Assembly: GCA_003551645.1 (NCBI GenBank)
Contig: PUND01000112.1
Span: 10,713-74,712 of the forward strand
Length of the DNA: 64,000 bases
Source of the DNA: Phycisphaerae bacterium
GTDB taxonomy: Bacteria > Planctomycetota > Phycisphaerae > SM23-33
Direction of reading: 5' to 3'
Below, piece after piece: positions 42,566 through 50,622 of the stretch. The notes under the pieces were generated by a model that had not been told where the DNA came from, searched no databases, and worked only from the letters and a program-made list of their open reading frames with translations. Every line of letters starts with the position of its first letter. Within the stretch, counting starts at the first letter, position 1. The position numbers and the translations under genes were made by a program.

Positions 42566-44455
42566 TCAGAAGTCCTCCGCGCCTTCCATAGGTCCGTAAG
42601 GGTCGTGGGGATGCGGCTGCGCCGGTGCCATCGTCTCAAGGGCTGCTGTCACAATGTCCCTTACCATCTCCGACGGTATGAACGCCACGCTGTGCGACGA
42701 GCCGTCTTCGGTTACGGCCATCGCGGCTGTAAGCGGGACGTCGGCCTCAAACTCCAGCGGCGGCATCATGCCCGGCCCCATCAGCGCCTCGGAGCCCCGC
42801 TCGATGGCTGTAAAGAGGTTCTTCAGGTTGAACAGCACCAGGGCCGACGTACCGTCCGGCATGTACTTCATCGCCGTCTGCGTGCCCTCGTGTGTGGGGA
42901 TGGGGCCTTCGCCGGCGGTCATTTTCAGCATCTCTTCCATGAAGGCCGCACCGCCGCCGAACGACACCACCAGCGTCTGATCGTCCGGCTTGGCCATGCG
43001 GAACTGCACCTTCGCCTCGCCGAGCACCGCGGCCATCTCCTCTTTCTCATACTCAGGCATCTGCTCCAGGTCGGGGTGGGTAAGCTCCACGGTGTCGATG
43101 CCGACGTCGCGGATGGTCTCCACGGCCTCGTTGTGCCTTATACGCAGGTCCTCGGCCTCTCCCGGAGGGGCAAACCCCTTGATGAGGTTCTCGACGTGTC
43201 CGAGTGAATCCATAACCAGCGCGGTCGTGGCGTCGGCGTCCCTGGACTGCATCACCACGCCGAGCGAGAAGACGCCGGCATCCTCCGGAGCGGCTCCGAC
43301 GACGAACTGGGCGTTCGTGACCTGCTCGTTGAACCCCAGCAGTATCCTCTCAAGCTCACTCTTGGCGTCCGCACTGAGGACATCTTCGCCAAGGAGGTCC
43401 CCGATCATGTCCAGGTATTCCGAGAGGTACTCCTGCTCGGCCTCGGGCGCTTCTGAGCGTCCGTCCACGCCCGCCGCCAGGACATACGGCATATCCGGCA
43501 GGCGATCCACCAGTTCCGGGCGGACACGGCGATGGGCGGCCATTATCCTGCCGAGCGTGCTGTCCGGCACGAAGCGCATCAAATGTTCAAAAACCAGGCC
43601 CTCATCCACGAACCGTCCGGCTACCAGCATGCCCTCGATCTGCGAGATATACCGGCGGTTCCATTCCATCAACTTCGCCGCGTTCTCCGGGGACATCTCC
43701 GGACCGAACATGGCGGCCGGGCCGGACTGACCCATGGCGTCGCCGGCGAGCATCTGCTGTTCGGCGGACTCCAGCAGCTTCTCCATAAAAGGGCCGGCAA
43801 TCTGCATGTTTATGTAGCCGGCAATGTCGGCTTTGCCCAGGACGGCCTTTTCATCGGCGCTAAGTTCGTCCTCCGCTGTGGGGCCATCCGCCTGTACGGC
43901 ATCAAGCACATCGGCCCGCATGCTGAAAACGACATAGCCGTCGTGCTCCATTGCGAGAACCGGCAGGCCGTCAGGCGACACGGCCGTGTAGCCCCCGACC
44001 TGCTCGGTAGCTACCGACTCGGGCAGCAGCCCCTCGATACTGCTTGCGGGCACCCACACGGCGAAAGGCATTTCGCCGAGCATGGCCATGGCGTCGTCCA
44101 GACCGCCGTCCATCTGCTCGGGTATCTCAAAACCGAATTGCTGGAAGTCCATCACCGCGATGGCAAACCCGCCGTCGGGCTTGAAACCCTCGCCCGGATC
44201 GACCTGCTCCTTTATCATCGCCAGCAGGCCATCGGGCATCTGTTCCCGGACCATCTCGCCGAGGCCGATGTCATCGAGGAACTTGTCCATGCCATCGGTC
44301 ATCGCCCGGATGTCCCGGACCATGACGAAGCCCATGGCCTCGGCGGGAATCCGCCGGATTACCGGCTCGGGTGAGACGGGTTCGGCCTGGGCGGCCGCGC
44401 CCGCGCACAAACTTCCGAGTACAAGCACCGCCAGTGACAGTTTCGCAACGCGCAT
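42566..44455 (-). CDS. secreted hypothetical protein
   Basis: Signal peptide 'MRVAKLSLAVLVLGSLCAGAAAQA'. ~630 aa, acidic, no recognisable domain. Confidence 0.5.
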   Translation of the reverse strand: MRVAKLSLAVLVLGSLCAGAAAQAEPVSPEPVIRRIPAEAMGFVMVRDIRAMTDGMDKFLDDIGLGEMVREQMPDGLLAMIKEQVDPGEGFKPDGGFAIAVMDFQQFGFEIPEQMDGGLDDAMAMLGEMPFAVWVPASSIEGLLPESVATEQVGGYTAVSPDGLPVLAMEHDGYVVFSMRADVLDAVQADGPTAEDELSADEKAVLGKADIAGYINMQIAGPFMEKLLESAEQQMLAGDAMGQSGPAAMFGPEMSPENAAKLMEWNRRYISQIEGMLVAGRFVDEGLVFEHLMRFVPDSTLGRIMAAHRRVRPELVDRLPDMPYVLAAGVDGRSEAPEAEQEYLSEYLDMIGDLLGEDVLSADAKSELERILLGFNEQVTNAQFVVGAAPEDAGVFSLGVVMQSRDADATTALVMDSLGHVENLIKGFAPPGEAEDLRIRHNEAVETIRDVGIDTVELTHPDLEQMPEYEKEEMAAVLGEAKVQFRMAKPDDQTLVVSFGGGAAFMEEMLKMTAGEGPIPTHEGTQTAMKYMPDGTSALVLFNLKNLFTAIERGSEALMGPGMMPPLEFEADVPLTAAMAVTEDGSSHSVAFIPSEMVRDIVTAALETMAPAQPHPHDPYGPMEGAEDF

Positions 44456-44627
44456 GGCATTCTCCTGGAACGACGAGTTAGTCCTGTAAGCCGTTACGTT
44501 CGGCTCCGAAATCATTTGCCCCAACCTCCTTCATCCTAATCAGACTATCGGCGAGCGAGGCGGTTTGCAATAGAATTGCGGTCAGATTACGATGCAACTC
44601 CGTCGGCCGCTGTCCGAAAGCAAGTAT

Positions 44628-45206
44628 ATGCATCTTGGTGAGCCATTTTCCGAACATTCTTTGCCGGAAGCGCCGGGGCGGGTCGTCGTGGTCGCGGATG
44701 ACATTTCCCGTCGTGTGAGGGAGCTTTCCGAAGCCATAGCCGCCGACTACAGCGACCGCGAACTGACCATACTGGCGGTGCTGACCGGGTCGCTGATTTT
44801 CCTGGCGGACCTGATCCGCAAAATGCCGGTGATGATGCGGGTGGACCTGGTGAGCGTCAGTTCCTATCCCGGCCGAACCACCACCAGCCGCGGGCCGCGA
44901 GTAACCACCCCCTGGACGGCAGATATGGACGGACGGGATGTGCTGATAGTGGACGACATACTGGACTCCGGCGGCACGCTGAAGATGCTGCGGGAAGCGG
45001 TGCTGAAAGCCGGCGCCGCGGATGTGCGGACCTGCGTGCTGCTGAGCAAAAGCCGCGACGACCTGTCCGAACGTGTCGAACCCGAATACGTGGGCTTCGA
45101 CGTGCCGGATGAGTTCCTCATCGGCTACGGGTTGGATTACGACGGATTCTACCGCAACCTCCCCGATGTCCGGGCGTTGGCGCAAAAACCGGAGGCGTCG
45201 CCATGA
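44628..45206 (+). CDS. hpt: hypoxanthine-guanine phosphoribosyltransferase
   Basis: PRPP-binding 'VLIVDDILDSGGTL' and 'YVGFDVPDEFLIGYGLDYDGFYRNLP' are Hpt-specific. The stop overlaps the next gene's start. Confidence 0.88.
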   Translation: MHLGEPFSEHSLPEAPGRVVVVADDISRRVRELSEAIAADYSDRELTILAVLTGSLIFLADLIRKMPVMMRVDLVSVSSYPGRTTTSRGPRVTTPWTADMDGRDVLIVDDILDSGGTLKMLREAVLKAGAADVRTCVLLSKSRDDLSERVEPEYVGFDVPDEFLIGYGLDYDGFYRNLPDVRALAQKPEASP

Positions 45207-45745
45207 GTCCCCCGGCGGATTCGGCCAACCCCGCAGCAACCGGTGCCGATGTCGCCTCGGCCCGGCAGATACTCCAGGGTGGCGAGGAGATTATCCTGGC
45301 GATCAAGCCCAGCCCGTGGTTTGTGGTGCTGGCCTCCTGGCCGGTGGTCCTGACGGCTGCGGTGGTGGCAGGGGGCGCCTACGCCGCGTCGGAATGGTTC
45401 ACGGCGGCGCTTCCGCGGGGGCTGATATACCTGCTATGCTTGGCCGCTGCCGCCGGCAGGGTCATGGTTGCTTCGCTGCAGTGGATGTCCCGGTTGTACA
45501 TGCTGACCAACCTTCGCGTTATGCGTGTCCGCGGCATCCTGCAGGCGGACATCCGGGTGCACCTGCTGCAGAAGATAGCCCGGACCCGCTGCACGGCCGG
45601 CGTGGGCGAGCGCATACTCGGCATCGGTACACTTGGCTTTGATGTCCCCGGCGAGGAAACCGCCGACACGGCCTGGGTGCACATACCACGTCCGCACGAG
45701 GTCGAAGAAACCGTCAATCAGGCCATCCGGCGGGCGCGCGGATAA
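45203..45745 (+). CDS. bacterial PH (bPH_2/YdbT-like) domain membrane protein
   Basis: Two TM segments are followed by 'YMLTNLRVMRVRGIL...I' PH-like beta strands. 180 aa. Confidence 0.55.
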   Translation: MSPPADSANPAATGADVASARQILQGGEEIILAIKPSPWFVVLASWPVVLTAAVVAGGAYAASEWFTAALPRGLIYLLCLAAAAGRVMVASLQWMSRLYMLTNLRVMRVRGILQADIRVHLLQKIARTRCTAGVGERILGIGTLGFDVPGEETADTAWVHIPRPHEVEETVNQAIRRARG

Positions 45746-45787
45746 CCCTGAACGGACGTCTTGCCGCCGGAGCTGGTCGGCCGGCAA

Positions 45788-46246
45788 CTACAGGTGAACC
45801 GCCAGGTCGGCGACCTTCGGCTGGACGAGATTCTTGTAGTCCTCGAGCTTCATCCTGATCGCCTGTTTGTGAGAACCGGCCTGGCAAACGATCCGGTCCT
45901 GGCCTTCGAGGTGCTTGTCCATCAGCGTCGGCAGGTCGTACAGGTTCCCGAATGGCGGCTCGGCGCCCACCTCCGAGTCGTCGTAGAGCTTGCTCATCTC
46001 CTGCTCGTCGGCCAGGCGGACCTTTTTGGCCTTGAGCGCCTTCGTTACCTTTTCCATGTCCAGCTTGTAGCTTGCCGGCAGAACGCACATAACGTAGCGG
46101 TCGTCCGCGTGGACGGTTACGGGCTTTGCGACCGCGTTTCCGCTGATGTGCTCCTGGGCGGCCATCTCCTGCGACGTGTACGTTGGGGGGTGCTCGTGCG
46201 GCTCGAACCACACACCCTGTTGCTGAAGGTAGTCCTGTAGCTTCAT
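45788..46246 (-). CDS. YbaK/ProX-family aminoacyl-tRNA deacylase-like protein
   Basis: 153 aa from ATG 46244-46246. 'AKPVTVHADDRYVMCVLPASYKLDMEKVTKALKAKKVRLADEQEMSKL' follows the YbaK-domain pattern. The longest ORF (46465) adds an implausible His/Arg-rich leader. Confidence 0.5.
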   Translation of the reverse strand: MKLQDYLQQQGVWFEPHEHPPTYTSQEMAAQEHISGNAVAKPVTVHADDRYVMCVLPASYKLDMEKVTKALKAKKVRLADEQEMSKLYDDSEVGAEPPFGNLYDLPTLMDKHLEGQDRIVCQAGSHKQAIRMKLEDYKNLVQPKVADLAVHL

Positions 46247-47072
46247 GATATGGTCCTTTCCTTGTCTTCCGGACAAACCGTCTCGACCCGTGCTGGGATT
46301 GCACCGGGTTACTACGAAATGATATGCACCCTGAACGCCGCCGGACAAGCCAACTGCAAGACACGGGCCGGTAAGGTGTTTTCGGCAGTGGCAGCGACTC
46401 CGATTCCGGTGGGTATGCGGCGTGTGCTCAGGGGCTACCGGCGTCGCGCTGTCGGGGCGCTTCATGCCTGACGGTTAATCGACGGCCTGGGAGTATCGCT
46501 GAGGTATGCGCCTTGGCTTTCGCGATATCGCCTCAGCGCCGAGGTCACATACCCGTCCAGCCGGACCTTTCGGCATCGGACATGCACGCGGATGGAGGCC
46601 GGCGGCGAGGCCATGTTCGCCAATTTGCGGCGGGCACCCGCCAGAAGTGATAAGCCGCACACATCCGGCTCGGCTGCACCGCCGGAGTTGCCGCGTGGCG
46701 AAATTGGCAGCGACCGCTTCACCGCCGATTGTCCTCCGGACCGGCCTCATCGGGCCGATTCCGCAAAACGGGATGCCTCCGTGCGGGGCTTTTCGGCGGT
46801 TCCCTCCGCGAAATGAGCGACGGCTCCGCCCGCCGCTCCAGTGATTATTTTACCCGCTTTCCGGCGGGGCGCGAAGGTGCAAAATCGCGGCGGCAATTAT
46901 TGCCGGTGGAAGGATCGTAAGAACTGGCCGTTTTTCATGCTCTGCATCGGCTCGGCCGCAGCCGGCCGTGGCAGGTGGAACCGGCTGTCGCGGGCATTCA
47001 AATCAGACCGTAAGGCGGTTTCGCAGCAGGCGACAAGTCCGCGGCACAGTCCGCACGTGTGAGGCGGTTTGC

Positions 47073-47888
47073 TCAGTGCACCTTGAAGAGTCGCTTGAAC
47101 AGGAAGTACGCGGGGAAGACCACCAGCAGGTATCCAACCAGCCAGGGCGGCATCATTATCGCCTCTATGCCCGGGATCACGCCGAACATCCTCATCCGGC
47201 GCATCTCAAGCTCGGTGACGTGCTGCTGGTCGTGGAAGACCAGCGGTTGGGCGTAGGTTCTCTCTCCAACGATGAGCGGATGTTCCAGCGTGCGATCGTC
47301 GAGCCGCAGCGTGAGCGTCCATCTGCCGGGTTTCTCGCCGTTCGAGCGCACGGTCCACCGGGCCAGCCCGTAGGTCTCGCCGCCTTCGGCGACCGGCTCT
47401 ATCGGCCGGACCCACCCGTCGGTGGCCTCCAGGCCGTCTTCGGGGAGCATGTGCATCACCTCCCCGGCTTCCACCAGCGGCGTGTAGGCCAGCAGCGTCA
47501 CCTCCTCGCCCGGGGCCGGCGGGCGGTAGTCCAGACGGGCCATCGCCCACGTCGCAAGCAGGACTATCGGGATGATGCTGATCAGCAGCGGCTTGCCCTC
47601 GGCGCGGAGCTTCTTGAGCGATATCTCGCCCCTTGTGCGACGATAGCGCTTTATCGCGTCCCGGTCCTTTTCGCGGCGGGCCTGGCGGATGAGTTGCTTT
47701 ATGCGCCCCAGGTCCGCATCGGCGCGGGCCAGCAGGTCCTGGTCGGTCATCCGCCGGCGGATAACCATCATAACCACCACCGTTAGTACGCCGATGGCGA
47801 TCACCACCGCCTCGGCCGGCAGAAACAGCATCCAGCCCAGCAGCAGGTCGCAAAACCACAGCATCGCCTGGTGAAGCGTTTCAAACAC
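47073..47888 (-). CDS. membrane protein, unknown function (operon tail)
   Basis: 271 aa with four hydrophobic segments. Its start overlaps the stop of the upstream PEP-utilizing gene by 8 nt. Confidence 0.5.
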   Translation of the reverse strand: MFETLHQAMLWFCDLLLGWMLFLPAEAVVIAIGVLTVVVMMVIRRRMTDQDLLARADADLGRIKQLIRQARREKDRDAIKRYRRTRGEISLKKLRAEGKPLLISIIPIVLLATWAMARLDYRPPAPGEEVTLLAYTPLVEAGEVMHMLPEDGLEATDGWVRPIEPVAEGGETYGLARWTVRSNGEKPGRWTLTLRLDDRTLEHPLIVGERTYAQPLVFHDQQHVTELEMRRMRMFGVIPGIEAIMMPPWLVGYLLVVFPAYFLFKRLFKVH

Positions 47889-50622
47889 CGCATACCTCCG
47901 CCGCAGTCAGTCGTATCATTCCGGTATTGCCGTCCACCTGGACAGTGCGGCCCGGCTCTATCAGGCGGGTCGCGTCGGGACAGACGACCGCCGGTATCCC
48001 GAAGTCCCTGGCCACGATGGCCCCGTGGCTGAGTACGCCGCCCCGCTCCACTATCAGCGCCCGGGCGCCGGCGAAAAGCGGAGTCCAGCCGGGGTCGGTA
48101 GAGGGGCAGATAAGGACATATCCGTCGGGAAGTTCGCCCGCCGAGGCCGGGTCCATAACCACCGCGGCCGGTCCGTCGGCGGTTCCGGCCGCCACCGGCG
48201 TGCCCGAAAGCTCCTCGCCGCCGGCAAGCTGGGCGGCAAGCCCGAGATTCTCCATCTCCGTCGAATCCACCACCTGCGGCGTGTCCAGCCGCTGGAACGC
48301 CTCGTGCCGCAGCCGGCGCTCGGCGATGGTGTCGGCGAAATCCTCACCGTCGGCCTGTCGGCGAAGCTCGGCGACGTCAAGGTAAAACACGTCGTCGCCG
48401 ATGTCCCATCTCCGGCCGAGTTCCCGCAGCGCCAGGCGGATAAGCTCGTAGCCCATCATCAGGTAGTGTTTGCCCGCCTCACGATAGGGCAGCAGTCGCT
48501 GGGCGTCGGCGACGTCCCGCATGACCTCCTCGCGGAAGCAGCTTCCGCCGTATTCGGCCAGCAGGCCGGGCAGTTCCTCCGCCGCCTGTTGGCGGAGCCG
48601 GGCGTTTTCCTCGTGAACCTGTCGCGGGTCGCGGATATTGGGTGCGGCCAATCGGCGGGAAAGCTCCGTGACCGCCTGGGGGTCTTCGCGCCATCGCGGC
48701 CGGGCAAGCTCCATCTCGCCGATGCAGCGGTGCCCGTACAGCGAAAGGAACTCGTCCATTTCCGCCTGGCCGTGGGCGACCTGATAGAGCATGCAGTCCT
48801 GCTCGAAGGTCGTATCGCCCGGAAGCGCCCGGGTGAGTGTCCCGACAAGCTCGCGGCCCCTGGTTTGGCCCATAAGCTGCACCAGCCGCGCCTCCAGGGC
48901 GTCCCTCGCCAGGCCGCCGAAAAAGCCCGGCAGCAGCGACTCGGCCGCGAAGCGTTCCATCACCTCCATCAGGCGGCTGTCCAGCTCGTCGAGCAGTTCG
49001 GTGTCCGAAAGCTTCTCCAGAGGTCGCTCGCGCTCGGTGTGGGCGTATTCGGCGAAACGTTCGGCCTGTTCGTCGAACCTCTCGGCCGCGTGCGGTCGGA
49101 AGCTTTTGGTCCGCTTTGCGACCCGGGCCATGCTCGTCAGCGTCTTCGGCAGTTTCGTCAGGAAATTGGCGTCGGCGCGTGACGGCTCGAATTTCTGCGG
49201 CGGCCCGTCCAGCAGGGACGGGTCTTCATGTATCGCCTCGGAGTCATAGGTCAGCGGCATCGCCTCGAAGAAAAGCTCCGCCTGCCTCTGCGGGTCGGAG
49301 TAGAGCCGCCCGCATATAAGCTCGAGGAACCCGTCCGTGGCGACGCGGTCGCTGCATCGGTATCCCAGCGTGGCGTACATCCGGCCGAAGCCGCCGCTGC
49401 CGCTCATGAACCGCCGCATGATGCTCCATGTCATCGGCGTGGGATAGCGCAGCGTCTCGTCGAGGTTGTGAAGGACCCAGACCTTCCGCTCGTCGCCGGA
49501 CTGTTCGCTCAGACGGTGTATCTCGGCCTGTCTGGCCGGCTCGACCGCCCGGGCGACCTCCAGTCCGCGGATCGCCCGCGCCTGAAGCAATGCGAACCGG
49601 CCGTCCGCCCAGCCCCATTCGATATCCATGGGCCGGCCGTAATGCGATTCGATTCGCATCGAAAGCTCGTGCAGTTCGGCTATCTGCTCGGCCGAGAGGC
49701 ACGGCTGCTGGGGATCGGCCTTGACCGGCGAACTGCCGAGAGAGGCGACGAATGCGTGCTTGTGCCCGGCTTCGCAGGTGTAATCGGAGGCATCGTCGCG
49801 GCTGACCAGGTAGCGGTCCGGTGTAACGTCGCCGGAGACTATCGACTCGCCAAGCCCATAGCCGGCCTCGATTATCATGTGCCGCTCATCCCGTCCGGTC
49901 GGCTCAACCGTAAAGACGATGCCGCTTATCTGGCTGGGGAACATCTCCTGGACGTTGACGGCGGTGCCGGTCAGGTCGGTGATGCCGTGCCGCCGCCGGT
50001 AGGCGACCGCCCGCGGGCTGTTCCAACTGTCCAGGACAGCGTTTACGCACTCGACGAGCACGTCCCAGGCCGTGGTCGGGAAATCCCCCCCGGTCTTTTC
50101 GCGGTATATTTCCAGCAGACGCATAGCCCGTTGCCGGCCGGCGGGAGCGTCGTCCACCCGCTCGAAGGCGGAGCCGTCCAGCCCCTTCGCAGCCGAGGTG
50201 AACGAGCGTATGAACTGCTCGTAGAGCAGCCAGAACTGTTCGGTATCGCCTACCTCTTCGGCCAGGTCCTGCGTCAGACCGCAGTTAAGAAGCGTATCCA
50301 TCATGCCCGGCATGCTGCGGGCGGCGCCGGAGCGGACGCTGGCCAGCAGGGGCTTTTCGCCCCGGCCGAAGGTACGTCCTGTCCGCCGCTCCAGCCGCGT
50401 AAGGTGGTCGCGCAACTCCCGGTCCAGGCCTTCGGGCCAGCGTCGGCCGTTTTCGTAATACTCACCGCAGACCTCGGTGGTGATGGTGAACCCCGGCGGC
50501 ACGTGCAGCCCGGCGAGGGTCATGTCCTTCAGCGATGCGCCCTTACCTCCCAGAAGCGTCCTGGCGTCGGTGCCTTCGGGCGGTGGCTCGTCAAACGCAT
50601 ATATCCGTTGTGCCTGGCTCAT
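47881..50622 (-). CDS. PEP synthase / rifampicin-phosphotransferase-like phosphotransferase (ATP-grasp 'PPDK_N' domain + PEP-utilizing swivel His domain; no PEP/pyruvate TIM-barrel)
   Basis: N-terminal 'LLGGKGASLKDMTLAGLHVPPGF' is PPDK_N. C-terminal 'GGVLSHGAIVARDFGIPAVV' is the mobile phosphohistidine domain. 913 aa. Confidence 0.8.
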   Translation of the reverse strand: MSQAQRIYAFDEPPPEGTDARTLLGGKGASLKDMTLAGLHVPPGFTITTEVCGEYYENGRRWPEGLDRELRDHLTRLERRTGRTFGRGEKPLLASVRSGAARSMPGMMDTLLNCGLTQDLAEEVGDTEQFWLLYEQFIRSFTSAAKGLDGSAFERVDDAPAGRQRAMRLLEIYREKTGGDFPTTAWDVLVECVNAVLDSWNSPRAVAYRRRHGITDLTGTAVNVQEMFPSQISGIVFTVEPTGRDERHMIIEAGYGLGESIVSGDVTPDRYLVSRDDASDYTCEAGHKHAFVASLGSSPVKADPQQPCLSAEQIAELHELSMRIESHYGRPMDIEWGWADGRFALLQARAIRGLEVARAVEPARQAEIHRLSEQSGDERKVWVLHNLDETLRYPTPMTWSIMRRFMSGSGGFGRMYATLGYRCSDRVATDGFLELICGRLYSDPQRQAELFFEAMPLTYDSEAIHEDPSLLDGPPQKFEPSRADANFLTKLPKTLTSMARVAKRTKSFRPHAAERFDEQAERFAEYAHTERERPLEKLSDTELLDELDSRLMEVMERFAAESLLPGFFGGLARDALEARLVQLMGQTRGRELVGTLTRALPGDTTFEQDCMLYQVAHGQAEMDEFLSLYGHRCIGEMELARPRWREDPQAVTELSRRLAAPNIRDPRQVHEENARLRQQAAEELPGLLAEYGGSCFREEVMRDVADAQRLLPYREAGKHYLMMGYELIRLALRELGRRWDIGDDVFYLDVAELRRQADGEDFADTIAERRLRHEAFQRLDTPQVVDSTEMENLGLAAQLAGGEELSGTPVAAGTADGPAAVVMDPASAGELPDGYVLICPSTDPGWTPLFAGARALIVERGGVLSHGAIVARDFGIPAVVCPDATRLIEPGRTVQVDGNTGMIRLTAAEVCGV

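Noticed and set aside
46466-47072. RNase P RNA, SRP RNA or tmRNA in the 600-bp gap
   Set aside because: The conserved CR-I (GGAAAGUCCGGGCUCC) and CR-V blocks and the SRP domain IV motif were not found on either strand by eye. I kept only a generic 'unexplained gap' finding.
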